64,000 bases of DNA from an uncultured Gammaproteobacteria bacterium (GTDB taxonomy: Bacteria; Patescibacteriota; Microgenomatia; 2-02-FULL-39-11): contig CAZJBV010000002.1 of NCBI GenBank assembly GCA_964544585.1, forward strand, positions 131,468 to 195,467, read 5' to 3'. Shown here piece after piece: positions 1-10,389 of the stretch (position 1 is the first letter of the stretch; every line of letters begins with the position of its first letter). The position numbers and the translations under genes were made by a program. The notes under the pieces were generated by a model, which saw only the letters and a list, made by a program, of their open reading frames with translations, was not told where the DNA came from and did no database searches.

Positions 1-2
1 CC

Positions 3-824
3 GGATCGACATTTAAATCACTCATCATGGCGGCAGCCCTAAATGAAGACAAAGTCAAACCAGAGCAAGAGTTTGCAGAAATCGGACCTGTGGAAGTGGG
101 AGGCTACACCATCCGCACCTGGAATAATGAATATATCGGCAAACTAACGGCTACAAATATATTGGAAAGATCATCGAATGTTGGCATGGTTCAAGTGGGA
201 AAACTTCTGGGAAAAGATAATCTTTACAAATATTTAGAAAGTTTTGGCTTTGGTCGACCTACTGGTATTGACCTTGAAGATGAACAATCACCAGATCTTC
301 GTCCAAAAGGTAGCATGTATGAAATAGACTTGGCGACCATATCATTTGGACAAGGAGTTGCCGTCACTCCAATCCAAATGATAAGAGCAGTGGCGAGTCT
401 GGCCAATAACGGAGATCTTATGGAGCCACACGTCGTCAAAACCATAATCGAGGCTACGGGTCAAAAAATAGATATTAAACCCAAAAAAATAATAAGTATC
501 GTTTCGCCAAAAACCGCAAGTGTAATCTCCGAAATGCTCGTTAAAGCCGCATCCCACGGAGAAGCAAAATTTGCTCTTCCCAAAGGTTACAGAATTGCAG
601 GTAAAACCGGTACGGCCCAGATTCCTATTGCCGGACACTACGATCCAGGGAAAACTATTGCCTCATTTATAGGGTTTGCCCCCGTCCCAAATCCCAAATT
701 TGTCATGCTCACCACCCTCAAAGAACCTGGCACATCGCCTTGGGGTTCAGAAACAGCCGCTCCACTTTTTTATGAAATAGCCCGAGATCTTTTCAATTAC
801 TACAAAATTCCCCCTAGCCAATGA
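3..824 (+). CDS. Penicillin-binding protein, transpeptidase domain (FtsI/PBP2 class B), 5'-truncated by the window edge
   Basis: Frame open from position 3: GSTFK (SxxK), SSN (SxN) and KTGTAQ motifs; sits just upstream of murE. Confidence 0.92.
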   Translation, partial: GSTFKSLIMAAALNEDKVKPEQEFAEIGPVEVGGYTIRTWNNEYIGKLTATNILERSSNVGMVQVGKLLGKDNLYKYLESFGFGRPTGIDLEDEQSPDLRPKGSMYEIDLATISFGQGVAVTPIQMIRAVASLANNGDLMEPHVVKTIIEATGQKIDIKPKKIISIVSPKTASVISEMLVKAASHGEAKFALPKGYRIAGKTGTAQIPIAGHYDPGKTIASFIGFAPVPNPKFVMLTTLKEPGTSPWGSETAAPLFYEIARDLFNYYKIPPSQ

Positions 825-852
825 TGAACATGATATAATTAATGTCTCTACT

Positions 853-2067
853 GTGCTCCAAATCATTAAGAATCAGATCCATGGCATAGAGGCAATTTTG
901 GCCAATGTTTGGTTTGGCTTTCCCTCCAGTAGTATGAAAGTCATTGGCGTGACTGGCACAGACGGCAAAACTACCACCACCGAACTTATCTACCATATTT
1001 TAAATACAGCCGGAAAAAAAGTAAGTGAGATCTCTACTGTCAAGGCAGTCATAAACGGAGAAGTATTCGATACTGGCTTCCACGTCACCACTCCCTCGGC
1101 CTTTTCCCTGCAAAGATTTTTTTCCCTAGCCAAAAAAGGTGGTACAGAATTCATGGTTCTAGAAACAACTTCCCATGCCCTCGATCAAGCAAGAACCGCA
1201 GGGATTAAATTTGATATCGCAGTTATTACCAATGTTTCTCACGAACATCTTGATTATCATAGAACATTTGATAATTACCTAAAAACTAAGGCCAAAATAA
1301 TCAAAAAAGTCCGCTTTGCCGTCCTCAATGCCGATGACAAGAATTTTACTAAACTAGCCTCACAAACCTCAGGAATAATTACCTTCGGCTTAAAAAAAGC
1401 TGATGTTAATCCAACCAATATTTCATATGAAACTTCACTAATAGGAGAATTTAATACTTACAATATTCTCGCCGCAGTAGCGGTAGCCAGACTCTATAAT
1501 ATCGATGATTCCACCATAAAAGAGGCCATAAAATCTTTTAAGGGGATAAAAGGAAGGATGGAAGAAGTAAAAACAAGTAGAAACTTTCGCATTTTTATCG
1601 ATTTTGCTCACAAAATCAATGCCCTCGAAAACGCCCTAAAAACTATAAAATCCATTGCCAAAAATAGAATAATTATCGTCTTTGGTTCGGCTGGCCTGCG
1701 CGATCAAGTAAAACGACCTATCATGGGAAAAATTGCCGGAAAACTTGCTGATATTTCTATTTTAACTGCCGAGGATCCCCGCACCGAAGACGTCAGAGAT
1801 ATAATTTCATCAATTGCCCAAGGTGCAAAGGTATATGCCAAAGAAACAAATAAAAGGAAGCATGGCCGAGACATTGTCGATGGACTGCATTATTTTTATC
1901 GCATCCCGGATAGACAGGAAGCAATCAACTTTGCCATAAGAGTCTTGGCAAAAAAAGATGACATTGTCCTTATTACAGGTAAAGGGCACGAAAAATCAAT
2001 GTGTTACGGAAAAAAAGAATATCCCTGGGATGAGTTTAAGGCGGTTGAAAAGTCGCTTCGAGGATAA
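853..2067 (+). CDS. murE: Mur ligase, MurE-like
   Basis: GVTGTDGKTTT P-loop, ETTSHALDQ, EHLDYH, DFAH, EDPR, GKGHE. Confidence 0.85.
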   Translation: MLQIIKNQIHGIEAILANVWFGFPSSSMKVIGVTGTDGKTTTTELIYHILNTAGKKVSEISTVKAVINGEVFDTGFHVTTPSAFSLQRFFSLAKKGGTEFMVLETTSHALDQARTAGIKFDIAVITNVSHEHLDYHRTFDNYLKTKAKIIKKVRFAVLNADDKNFTKLASQTSGIITFGLKKADVNPTNISYETSLIGEFNTYNILAAVAVARLYNIDDSTIKEAIKSFKGIKGRMEEVKTSRNFRIFIDFAHKINALENALKTIKSIAKNRIIIVFGSAGLRDQVKRPIMGKIAGKLADISILTAEDPRTEDVRDIISSIAQGAKVYAKETNKRKHGRDIVDGLHYFYRIPDRQEAINFAIRVLAKKDDIVLITGKGHEKSMCYGKKEYPWDEFKAVEKSLRG

Positions 2068-2070
2068 TTC

Positions 2071-2706
2071 ATGATCAGATCAATAAAATTATCAAAATTC
2101 ACCAACCTAAGTCACGGATTTACAACCAGAAGTGATAAAGTCAATTCCCAAATCAAAAACTCGATTAGGGGAGAGCAAATACATGGCACTAATGTTTTTA
2201 TAGTCGATACTCTAAATAATAAAACAATTCCTAATATAGATGGTCTCATTGCAACAAAAAGAAACATTACTATCTCTATAAAAACCGCAGATTGTGTTCC
2301 TCTTCTTCTTTTCGACCCTCTCGAAAAAATTATAGCCGCAGCCCATGCCGGTTGGAAAGGAACGCAAAAAGGTATACTAAAAGAAGTGGTTCAAAAAATG
2401 AAAAAATCGGGATCCCTCCCAAAAAACATCATTCTCTCTATAGGTCCTTCAATCGGACCATGCTGTTATGACATATCTGAAGAAAGGGGAAAACTATTTC
2501 GTCACCAAAGTATATTAAGAAAAGGAAAGATTTACTATTTAGACTTAAAAAAAGAAATCCTTTCTCAAGCCAAAGAAATTGGTTTGTCGGCAAAACATAT
2601 TGATGTATTAGACTTTTGTACATACCATCAAAGTGATCTTTTTTATTCATATCGTCGAGACAAGACCACCAAAAATAGAATGTACGCATTCATAGCTATG
2701 ATATGA
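2071..2706 (+). CDS. pgeF: Peptidoglycan editing factor PgeF (YfiH family)
   Basis: QIHG, TADCVP, HAGWKG, GPSIGPCCY, FYSYRR. Confidence 0.93.
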   Translation: MIRSIKLSKFTNLSHGFTTRSDKVNSQIKNSIRGEQIHGTNVFIVDTLNNKTIPNIDGLIATKRNITISIKTADCVPLLLFDPLEKIIAAAHAGWKGTQKGILKEVVQKMKKSGSLPKNIILSIGPSIGPCCYDISEERGKLFRHQSILRKGKIYYLDLKKEILSQAKEIGLSAKHIDVLDFCTYHQSDLFYSYRRDKTTKNRMYAFIAMI

Positions 2707-4112
2707 GATCTAGTCTCAAAAAAATTCATTTTGTCGGCATAAAAGGAGTGGGACAGACTGCCTTGGCTGTCTATATGAAACAAAAGGGTATCGACGTCTC
2801 GGGGTCTGATACTAACGAAATTTATCATACCGATGAAATACTTAAAAAATATACAATAAATGTAAAGGCTGGGTTTTCTCCGCATAATATCCCCCAAAAT
2901 ACAGATCTTATCATCACCACCGGCGCCCATGATTCATTTAACAATCCCGAAAGTTTGGCAGGTATACGACGCGGTATAAGAACTATTACCCACGGCCAAG
3001 CGCTCGGAGAAGAAATGAAGGGGAAAGTTGGAATTTCAGTGGCCGGCACCCATGGTAAAACCACCACCACCAGCATGATAGCCACAATCGCAAAATTTGC
3101 TAACCTAGATCCCTCATATGTCATAGGCACAGCAAGTATCCCCTCATTAGGTGCGGCAGGCCATTATGGTAGAGGAAATTTGTTTATAGCCGAGGCCGAT
3201 GAATACATTACCGCTCCCAATATCGACAAAACTCCCCGATTTTTATGGCAAAGTCCTCGCGTTGCCATCATTACCTCGATTGAATACGATCATCCTGATG
3301 CTTATCAAAATATAGAAGAAATTGAAGGAGCTTTTTTTAAATTTGCCACAAAAGTTTCTCGGAAAGGTCTTTTAATTCTAGGTATAGATGACTCAAATGT
3401 CTTAAATCTCAAAAAGCATCTCCCCAAAACTATTCCCACCACATCATATGGCTTTTCCGACAAAGCTGATTATAAAATCGTAGACTACAAAGTAAGCAAA
3501 AAGGGAATAAGCTTTGTTGTTATTAATAAAAATCTCAATCTAGGGGAGTTTAACCTCCAAGTCCCAGGCACCCACAATGCCCAAAATGCCACAGCCGCGG
3601 CAGTCTCGGCTTTGTTTTTTGGCCTCAAACTTGAAACTATAAAAAATGCTCTTGTTAAATTCTCCGGTTCCAAGCGTCGCTTTGAAAAAGTAGGGAATTT
3701 GGGCAATATTCTTTTATATGATGACTACGCCCATCACCCGTCTGAAATAGAGGCCACATTAAAAGCTTTTAAGGATATCTATCCTAATAAACGTATTATG
3801 ACTATTTTTCAGCCACATACTTATTCTCGCACCTACGCCCTATTTCCAGATTTTGTGGATTCTTTTTTAGAAATTCAAGGCAAGATCGTAGTCACAGATA
3901 TTTTTGCATCCAAAAGAGAAAAGAAAGACGACAAAATAAACGCCCAGAAGCTTGTAGACGAAACCCGCAAGAAGGGGAAAAGTAACATCTTCTATTTTAA
4001 AACGAGAGAAGAAATTTTGTTATTTTTAGAAAAAAATAAAGACAAAATTGACATAATTTTAACCATGGGTGCAGGAGATATTTATAAACTTCATGAATAT
4101 CTTAAAAAATAA
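2703..4112 (+). CDS. murC: UDP-N-acetylmuramate--L-alanine ligase
   Basis: HFVGIKGVG, GTHGKTTT, EADE, DDYAHHP, FQPHTYSRT, MGAGDI. Confidence 0.95.
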   Translation: MRSSLKKIHFVGIKGVGQTALAVYMKQKGIDVSGSDTNEIYHTDEILKKYTINVKAGFSPHNIPQNTDLIITTGAHDSFNNPESLAGIRRGIRTITHGQALGEEMKGKVGISVAGTHGKTTTTSMIATIAKFANLDPSYVIGTASIPSLGAAGHYGRGNLFIAEADEYITAPNIDKTPRFLWQSPRVAIITSIEYDHPDAYQNIEEIEGAFFKFATKVSRKGLLILGIDDSNVLNLKKHLPKTIPTTSYGFSDKADYKIVDYKVSKKGISFVVINKNLNLGEFNLQVPGTHNAQNATAAAVSALFFGLKLETIKNALVKFSGSKRRFEKVGNLGNILLYDDYAHHPSEIEATLKAFKDIYPNKRIMTIFQPHTYSRTYALFPDFVDSFLEIQGKIVVTDIFASKREKKDDKINAQKLVDETRKKGKSNIFYFKTREEILLFLEKNKDKIDIILTMGAGDIYKLHEYLKK

Positions 4113-5055
4113 CTTCGGCCCAAAACTTAAAGAAAATATCTCCCTTTCCTCATATACAACTATACAGTTGGGAGGACGCGCTAAATACTTCATTGAGGTC
4201 GAGGGAGTTGCAGAACTTAAAGACACGCTTCTCAAATCTATTCGTTCTCAAATTCCTTATTTCATTCTTGGTGGTGGTACAAATACTCTTATAAAAGATG
4301 AAAGGTTTGCCGGTCTAGTCATCCGCAACAAAAGCGGCAATATAAAAATAGTTGGCTTTAGAGGATCATTTAGAGACAACAAGTCAAATATCAAAGATAT
4401 CTATCTTGAAGTAGATTCTGGCGTTTTAGTAAATAGGCTGGTTCGCTTTTGCCTGGAAGAGTCTTTTGCCGGGTTGGAAAATTTTTTCCACCAGCCAGGC
4501 ACCGTCGGAGGTGCCGTCTATATAAATGCCCATAATATTGGTCAAAATGACTATTTTGGTAGTCATATCTTTGAAGCGAAGTTGATTACCAAAGAAGGGA
4601 AAGAAAAAAAAGTAGATAGGTCATATTTTAAATTCGGCTATGATTCTTCAACCATTCAAAAAACAAAAGATATAGTCCTCAGCGTATCTTTAAAATTGCA
4701 AAAAGGAGAAAAAAATTCATTATGGCAAAAAGCTTCTTTAGTTGCGGAATATAGAAAAAGTTCCCAACCTCAAGGAGTCAGAAGTCTAGGCTGCACCTTT
4801 AGAAACATTACCAAAGAAGAGGCATTCCGCTTGCATACCCCATCTTATACTCAATCGAGTGGGTATCTAATCGAAAGTGCAGGCCTCAAAGGCTACCAAA
4901 TTGGAAAATCTCGTTTTTCAACTAAACATGCAAACTTTATCGAGCATCTAGGTGGAGGCCACGCTTCTGATGTGCTACAATTAATAGCTCTAGCAAAGGA
5001 AAAGATAAAATCAAAATTCGGTGTAGATTTAAAAGAAGAGATAGTTATCATCTAG
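4093..5055 (+). CDS. murB: UDP-N-acetylenolpyruvoylglucosamine reductase
   Basis: LGGGTN, PGTVGGAVYINA, GCTFRN, KHANFI; start set at ATG 4093. Confidence 0.93.
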   Translation: MNILKNNFGPKLKENISLSSYTTIQLGGRAKYFIEVEGVAELKDTLLKSIRSQIPYFILGGGTNTLIKDERFAGLVIRNKSGNIKIVGFRGSFRDNKSNIKDIYLEVDSGVLVNRLVRFCLEESFAGLENFFHQPGTVGGAVYINAHNIGQNDYFGSHIFEAKLITKEGKEKKVDRSYFKFGYDSSTIQKTKDIVLSVSLKLQKGEKNSLWQKASLVAEYRKSSQPQGVRSLGCTFRNITKEEAFRLHTPSYTQSSGYLIESAGLKGYQIGKSRFSTKHANFIEHLGGGHASDVLQLIALAKEKIKSKFGVDLKEEIVII

Positions 5056-5079
5056 AACTAACTTCATAACTAAATTAAG

Positions 5080-6408
5080 ATGTATAAATTCGTAATTGCT
5101 GGCGGCAAACCACTGCGAGGGAGAATCAAAGTAGGAGGGGCCAAAAATGTGGCCATGAAAATTCCCGTCGCGGCCCTACTCACAGACGACAAACTAAAAA
5201 TTTCGGGCATGCCGCAAATATCCTCCGTTACCGGCACCCTCGATATTGTCCACTTACTTGGTGTAAAAAGTAAATTTACCAATCACACCCTCGAAATAGA
5301 AAGCCAAGGCATAAATAAATATAAAGTCCCCCTCGATACAGGTAGTCACCATAGGACCTCCACCATGGTTGTCGGCCCACTTCTTGCTCGTTTTGGCCGC
5401 GCCATAGTCCCAAATCCCGGAGGCTGCCGCATTGGCCTTCGTCCCATCAATCTCCATGTTTCGGCCCTGACTAAAATGGGAGCAAAAGTAAAATATAACT
5501 CCAAAGACGGATATTATTATTTAGAGGCAAGAAAAAGCCTCGAAGGCATTTCCTATACTTTTCCTAAAAATTCTCATACCGGTACCGAAACCATTATTTT
5601 GGCAGCAGTATTGGCAAATGGTACTACAATTATAGACAATGCCGCCGAAGAACCAGAAGTCGACGATCTTATCAAACTACTGACTTTAATGGGGGCCAAT
5701 ATCCAAAGGGTAAAACGAAAAATTATAATAAAAGGAGTCAAAAAACTCCATGGGACCGATTTTACCATCATGCCCGATCGAAACGAAACCGTGACTTTTG
5801 CCATAGCTGCTCTGGCAACAAATGGAGACGTAATTGTGGAAGGCACCGATCGTCACTATATCAAGTCATTTTTAAATAAATTAAATGACATTAATGCCGG
5901 TTGGGAACCTATAGGAAACTTAGAAACCAGATTTTATGGAACCGATAAAATATTAAACGCAACCACCGTAGAAACCGCTCCCTATCCTGGTTTTATGACT
6001 GATTGGCAAGCTCCCTGGACCGTCCTTATGACTCAATGTTCAGGAGGCTCCTCCGTCCATGAAACAGTTTTTGAGGATAGATTTTCCTACGTTTCCGAAT
6101 TAATAAAAACGGGTGCTAAAATTGATTTTTTCAATCCTAAATTAGAAAATCCTGATAAAATTTACAACTTCGATCTCAAGGGTAAAAAACCACACAACCA
6201 GGCTATAAGCATAACTGGTCCGACTCCCCTCCACGATGCTATACTAGAAACTGCCGATCTCCGCGCCGGGGCAACCCTAGTAATTGCCGGACTCGTAGCT
6301 ACAGGTACGACCCACGTTCATGGAGTAGAGCATATTGATCGTGGCTATGAAAGACTAGACGAAAGGCTAAAAACCCTTGGGGGGAGGATTAAAAGGATAA
6401 AAGAATAA
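5080..6408 (+). CDS. murA: UDP-N-acetylglucosamine 1-carboxyvinyltransferase
   Basis: GAKN, PGGCRIGLRP (catalytic Cys), PYPGFMTD, DLRAGA, IDRGYE. Confidence 0.96.
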   Translation: MYKFVIAGGKPLRGRIKVGGAKNVAMKIPVAALLTDDKLKISGMPQISSVTGTLDIVHLLGVKSKFTNHTLEIESQGINKYKVPLDTGSHHRTSTMVVGPLLARFGRAIVPNPGGCRIGLRPINLHVSALTKMGAKVKYNSKDGYYYLEARKSLEGISYTFPKNSHTGTETIILAAVLANGTTIIDNAAEEPEVDDLIKLLTLMGANIQRVKRKIIIKGVKKLHGTDFTIMPDRNETVTFAIAALATNGDVIVEGTDRHYIKSFLNKLNDINAGWEPIGNLETRFYGTDKILNATTVETAPYPGFMTDWQAPWTVLMTQCSGGSSVHETVFEDRFSYVSELIKTGAKIDFFNPKLENPDKIYNFDLKGKKPHNQAISITGPTPLHDAILETADLRAGATLVIAGLVATGTTHVHGVEHIDRGYERLDERLKTLGGRIKRIKE

Positions 6409-6411
6409 AAT

Positions 6412-7737
6412 ATGACCGATGCAGTTGTTCTCATTCTTGCTGGCGGTGATTCCACCCGCTTCTGGCCATTATCTCAAAAAGTTTTTACAGAATTTACCGG
6501 AAAACCGCTTTTATATTTTCGCTTAAAACAATTATATAAATATAACCTCAAAAAAATAGTCATCGTTGGCAATAAAGAAAATCAATCATTATTCTCAAAA
6601 TTTACTCTTCAGTATCCCGAATTTTCTTTTGAATTTATTCTCCAGACAGATCCCCGAGGCATGGCTGGCGCAGTCCTCTCGGCAAAGGAATATATAAAAG
6701 GAAATAAATTACTCGTCATAAAGCCGGTTGATATAGTCGAAGATACCCTCTTTGAATCATATTTACAGCAAATAAATAAAGATAAATCCATAGATGGCTT
6801 ATTGACCGGCGTCCACGTAGAATCTTATTTTCCGGGTGGCTATCTTACAGTCAAAGACGGCCTGCTTACCCAAATCATCGAAAAGCCGGGAGAAAAAAAT
6901 ATACCCAGCGACATAGTCAGGATAGTTTTTGATTATTTTCCTGATGCAAGTTTATTTTTGTCATACTTAGAGAAAGCAATCTCAAAACGCGATGATCACT
7001 ATGAAAAAGCTCTCGCACAAATGGTTAGAGATGGAAAAAAGATAAAGGTCTTAAATTACAAAGACTATTGGGGCTACCTGACATACCCTTGGCACGTATT
7101 GTCGGTCACAGATTTCTTTCTCAAAAAAATAAAGTCATATAAAGGCAAGGATGTAAAAATAGCCAAAAATGCTACCCTCATAGAACCGATAATATTAGAA
7201 GATGGAGTGAGACTCTTGGAAAATACCAAAATAGTTGGACCAGCCTATATTGGCAGAAATACTCTCGTCGGCAACAACTGTGTCGTTCGCGAATCAATGA
7301 TTGGGCCAAATTCTGTTTTAGGCTTCTCAACCGAGGTCACCAGATCGTATATAGCCGGAAACTGTTGGTTTCATTCCAATTATGTTGGAGATTCGGTCAT
7401 AGGGGATAATGTGGGTATGGGTAGCCGGGCCACAATTGCCAATTTTCGCCTTGATGAAAAAAGCATTTATTCCAAAGTAGAAGTAGATAAAATAAATACC
7501 GGCAAGACCAAATTTGGCTCCGTAATAGGCAACGACGTTCGTATAGGCATAGGCACACTTATCATGCCCGGCGTAAAAATAGGTCGCGGTAGTTTTGTCG
7601 GTTCTGGAGTCATTCTTTCCGAAGATCTTCCCGATGGCAAAGCCATTTTTGTCAATCAAACATATACCATAAAAGATAATAGAGAGAAGATAAATAAAAA
7701 CTCTCGCGAATCATTGCGTAAAGCATTAAAAATATAA
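6412..7737 (+). CDS. Bifunctional sugar-1-phosphate nucleotidyltransferase/acetyltransferase (GlmU-like)
   Basis: ILAGGDSTRFWP, IIEKP, C-terminal hexapeptide beta-helix repeats; adjacent to glmS. Confidence 0.8.
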   Translation: MTDAVVLILAGGDSTRFWPLSQKVFTEFTGKPLLYFRLKQLYKYNLKKIVIVGNKENQSLFSKFTLQYPEFSFEFILQTDPRGMAGAVLSAKEYIKGNKLLVIKPVDIVEDTLFESYLQQINKDKSIDGLLTGVHVESYFPGGYLTVKDGLLTQIIEKPGEKNIPSDIVRIVFDYFPDASLFLSYLEKAISKRDDHYEKALAQMVRDGKKIKVLNYKDYWGYLTYPWHVLSVTDFFLKKIKSYKGKDVKIAKNATLIEPIILEDGVRLLENTKIVGPAYIGRNTLVGNNCVVRESMIGPNSVLGFSTEVTRSYIAGNCWFHSNYVGDSVIGDNVGMGSRATIANFRLDEKSIYSKVEVDKINTGKTKFGSVIGNDVRIGIGTLIMPGVKIGRGSFVGSGVILSEDLPDGKAIFVNQTYTIKDNREKINKNSRESLRKALKI

Positions 7738-7777
7738 GTTTTGACTTTTGATTTTTGAGTTTTGAATTTTTATCAAT

Positions 7778-9544
7778 ATGTGCGGAATCTTTGGTTATGT
7801 AGGCAAAAATAAAAATGCCGGAGATCTCGTCCTTGAGGGCCTTCGCATCCTCGAATATCGAGGCTATGATTCCTGGGGTATAGCCACCTTAAATAATTCT
7901 TCTATAAAAATTACCAAAAAAGCCGGTAAAATTCCCCAATCAAAAATAAAATTTAACTCCTCGCCAATTGCGCTTGGTCATACCCGCTGGGCCACACACG
8001 GAGGAGTCACAGACATAAATGCTCATCCCCATCTTGACTGTACCGGAAATCTGGCCATCATCCACAACGGCATCATCGAAAACTATGACCAATTAAAAAA
8101 AACCCTTTCCCATTCCAATCATCGATTTTCTTCCGAAACCGATACCGAAATTGCCATTCACCTCATCGAATCATATAAAAGATCTGGCCTTTCCTTTCGC
8201 GAGGCAGTTCGCAAGGCTTTCAACCAATTTGAAGGCCTAAATGCCATCATCGTCATCGACGCCGAAACCAAAACCTTTATTGCCGCCAAAACCGGTTCTC
8301 CCCTTGTTGTTGGTCGTGGAAAGGGCGAAGGAAATTATATCGCTTCCGACGCTCCAGCCCTCATCAAACACACAAATATTCTTCATTTTGTGGAAGACGG
8401 CGAAATGATTGAAATGAACTCTATCGATATTAAATGCTTCGATCAAAAAACCGGCCGTCCAAAATCTCTTAAATGGCAAACGATTCACTGGAAATTCGAA
8501 TCAATAGACAAAGGTAAATATCCACATTTCATGCTCAAAGAAATTTATGAGCAGCCAAAAGTCATAAAATCAATTTTAAACCAGGGTGAGTCGACCATAA
8601 AAGACCTAGGCAAACTAATTAAACACTCATACGGCACTTACCTCGTAGCCTGTGGTACCGCAGCCTACGCTGCTCTTGCTGGCACATACCTTTTTTCTAA
8701 AATTGCCAAGCGTCACGTCAACTACACCGTCGGCAGCGAATTTGGATACCAGCTCGATTTTTTGAAAAAAGGAAGTTTGGTTATCGCCCTTTCCCAGTCT
8801 GGTGAAACCATCGACGTTATCGACGCGGTCAAAAAAGCAAAGGAACAGGAAGCCACAATTTATGCATTAGTAAATACCCTAGGTTCTACCCTTTATCGCA
8901 TGGCAGACTACAAAAGCCTTCTTCTTGCTGGCCCTGAAAAAGCTGTTGCTTCAACCAAGGCCTTCACCGCCAAACTCACTTATCTTATCCTTTTAGCATA
9001 CGCCCTTGCCGAAAGTCACAATAAAGGAAAAAAACTGGTTGAAAAGGCTATAATAGCGACCAATTTTATTTTCCAACACGAAATTGAAAATATCAAAAAT
9101 ATTGTCAAGGATATATTTAGGAGTCAGCACATTTATGCCATCGGTAGAGGACTAGCCTATCCAATAGCCCTCGAAGCTGCTCTCAAAATAAAAGAGATTT
9201 CCTACATTCACGCCGAAGGGATGGCCAGTGGTGAATTAAAGCATGGCCCAATTGCCCTAGTAGAGGAGGGAACACCTTGTATCGCCTTTCTACCCGACGA
9301 CGAGACTTATGGAGCCAATCTAGCTGGAGCCATGGAAATGGAGGCAAGAGGCGCCAAAATTATTGGCATTTCATTCAAAAACCACGAAGTCTTTGACTAT
9401 TTTATAGAGGTGAAAGATGCTGGTCCGGCTAGTATTATTCCCGAAACCATCGCAGTCCAACTTTTAGCATATTATCTATCCATCGCCCGCGGCCTCGACC
9501 CAGACAAACCAAGAAACCTCGCCAAATCCGTCACCGTCAAATAA
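7778..9544 (+). CDS. glmS: Glutamine--fructose-6-phosphate transaminase
   Basis: MCGIFG, LEYRGYDS, GHTRWATHG, SQSGET, PRNLAKSVTV. Confidence 0.97.
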   Translation: MCGIFGYVGKNKNAGDLVLEGLRILEYRGYDSWGIATLNNSSIKITKKAGKIPQSKIKFNSSPIALGHTRWATHGGVTDINAHPHLDCTGNLAIIHNGIIENYDQLKKTLSHSNHRFSSETDTEIAIHLIESYKRSGLSFREAVRKAFNQFEGLNAIIVIDAETKTFIAAKTGSPLVVGRGKGEGNYIASDAPALIKHTNILHFVEDGEMIEMNSIDIKCFDQKTGRPKSLKWQTIHWKFESIDKGKYPHFMLKEIYEQPKVIKSILNQGESTIKDLGKLIKHSYGTYLVACGTAAYAALAGTYLFSKIAKRHVNYTVGSEFGYQLDFLKKGSLVIALSQSGETIDVIDAVKKAKEQEATIYALVNTLGSTLYRMADYKSLLLAGPEKAVASTKAFTAKLTYLILLAYALAESHNKGKKLVEKAIIATNFIFQHEIENIKNIVKDIFRSQHIYAIGRGLAYPIALEAALKIKEISYIHAEGMASGELKHGPIALVEEGTPCIAFLPDDETYGANLAGAMEMEARGAKIIGISFKNHEVFDYFIEVKDAGPASIIPETIAVQLLAYYLSIARGLDPDKPRNLAKSVTVK

Positions 9545-9548
9545 CATC

Positions 9549-9588
9549 CACCTTAGAGGTGTCCCAGATAGGACACCTTTGGTAAATA
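9549..9588. repeat. REP-like palindrome on the left flank of the RAYT gene
   Basis: CACCTTAGAGGTGT-CCCAGATA-GGACACCT; 9572-9588 GACACCTTTGGTAAATA is the exact reverse complement of 10290-10306. Confidence 0.85.
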
Positions 9589-10272
9589 TTACGATTCCAA
9601 AGTCAAATGTTTAATTGCAGCCAATCTTTTCTGGTAGTCTTTCTGATCTAAAGTAAATTCTTTGAAATCCTCAATGCTTTTAAAATACGATAAAATATCC
9701 TGCTTATGAACCAGGGGCTTACTTTCATTATTATCATTTAAAAACAGAGGCAGTGAAGAATACGGATAATTTAAGAGATCTTCTGTAGATTTAACAATAT
9801 ATGATGTATATGGATTTAGGTGAATGTATCGTGTAACGTGCATATATTGCTCATCGGATTCTATTAATACAGCCTTAAATTTTCCTTGAAATATTGGTCC
9901 ATACGTTTCATTTTTGACATTTAAGAAACGAGTATACCCATTTGAAATATTCCCGACAAATTTTGCTATACCATTATTCTTAATTTGTTGAAGAAGTAGA
10001 TGGAAATGACTAGGCATAAGACAGAAAGCATGGATTCTCACAATATAATCTTTTTTATTTAATAAATTTAAATATATACTTTCTCTTTGATCTCTACTTA
10101 ATTTTAGAAATCTAGAATAACGTAATGGGATGCTGGAAAACTGATAATAAAATAGTAGCTCAAGAAAACGACCATAACTTCTATTATTTATAAACACTTG
10201 CTGCCCATACGTACCCCGATTAAATACGTGATATATCTGATCCGTAATGAGAGGAATATTTCTTCCAGGCAT
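9589..10272 (-). mobile_element. REP-associated tyrosine transposase (RAYT/TnpA-REP, Y1 HUH family)
   Basis: MPGR..YHVFNRG, AFCLMPSHFHLL (HUH), FQGKFK, YIHLNP, YPYSS; palindromes on both sides; start at ATG 10272. Confidence 0.9.
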
Positions 10273-10289
10273 AATATAAATATAGAGTT

Positions 10290-10346
10290 TATTTACCAAA
10301 GGTGTCAATAGAAATACACCTTAGAGGTGTATTAGCTAGGACACCT
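10290..10346. repeat. REP-like palindromes on the right flank of the RAYT gene
   Basis: 17-bp inverted repeat of the left flank, plus CACCTTAGAGGTGT-ATTAGCTA-GGACACCT (10317-10346), a direct repeat of 9549-9578 with a different 8-nt spacer. Confidence 0.85.
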
Positions 10347-10389
10347 GGCTCATATATCGTAAGTATGAGAAAATAATATAATTTGGTAA

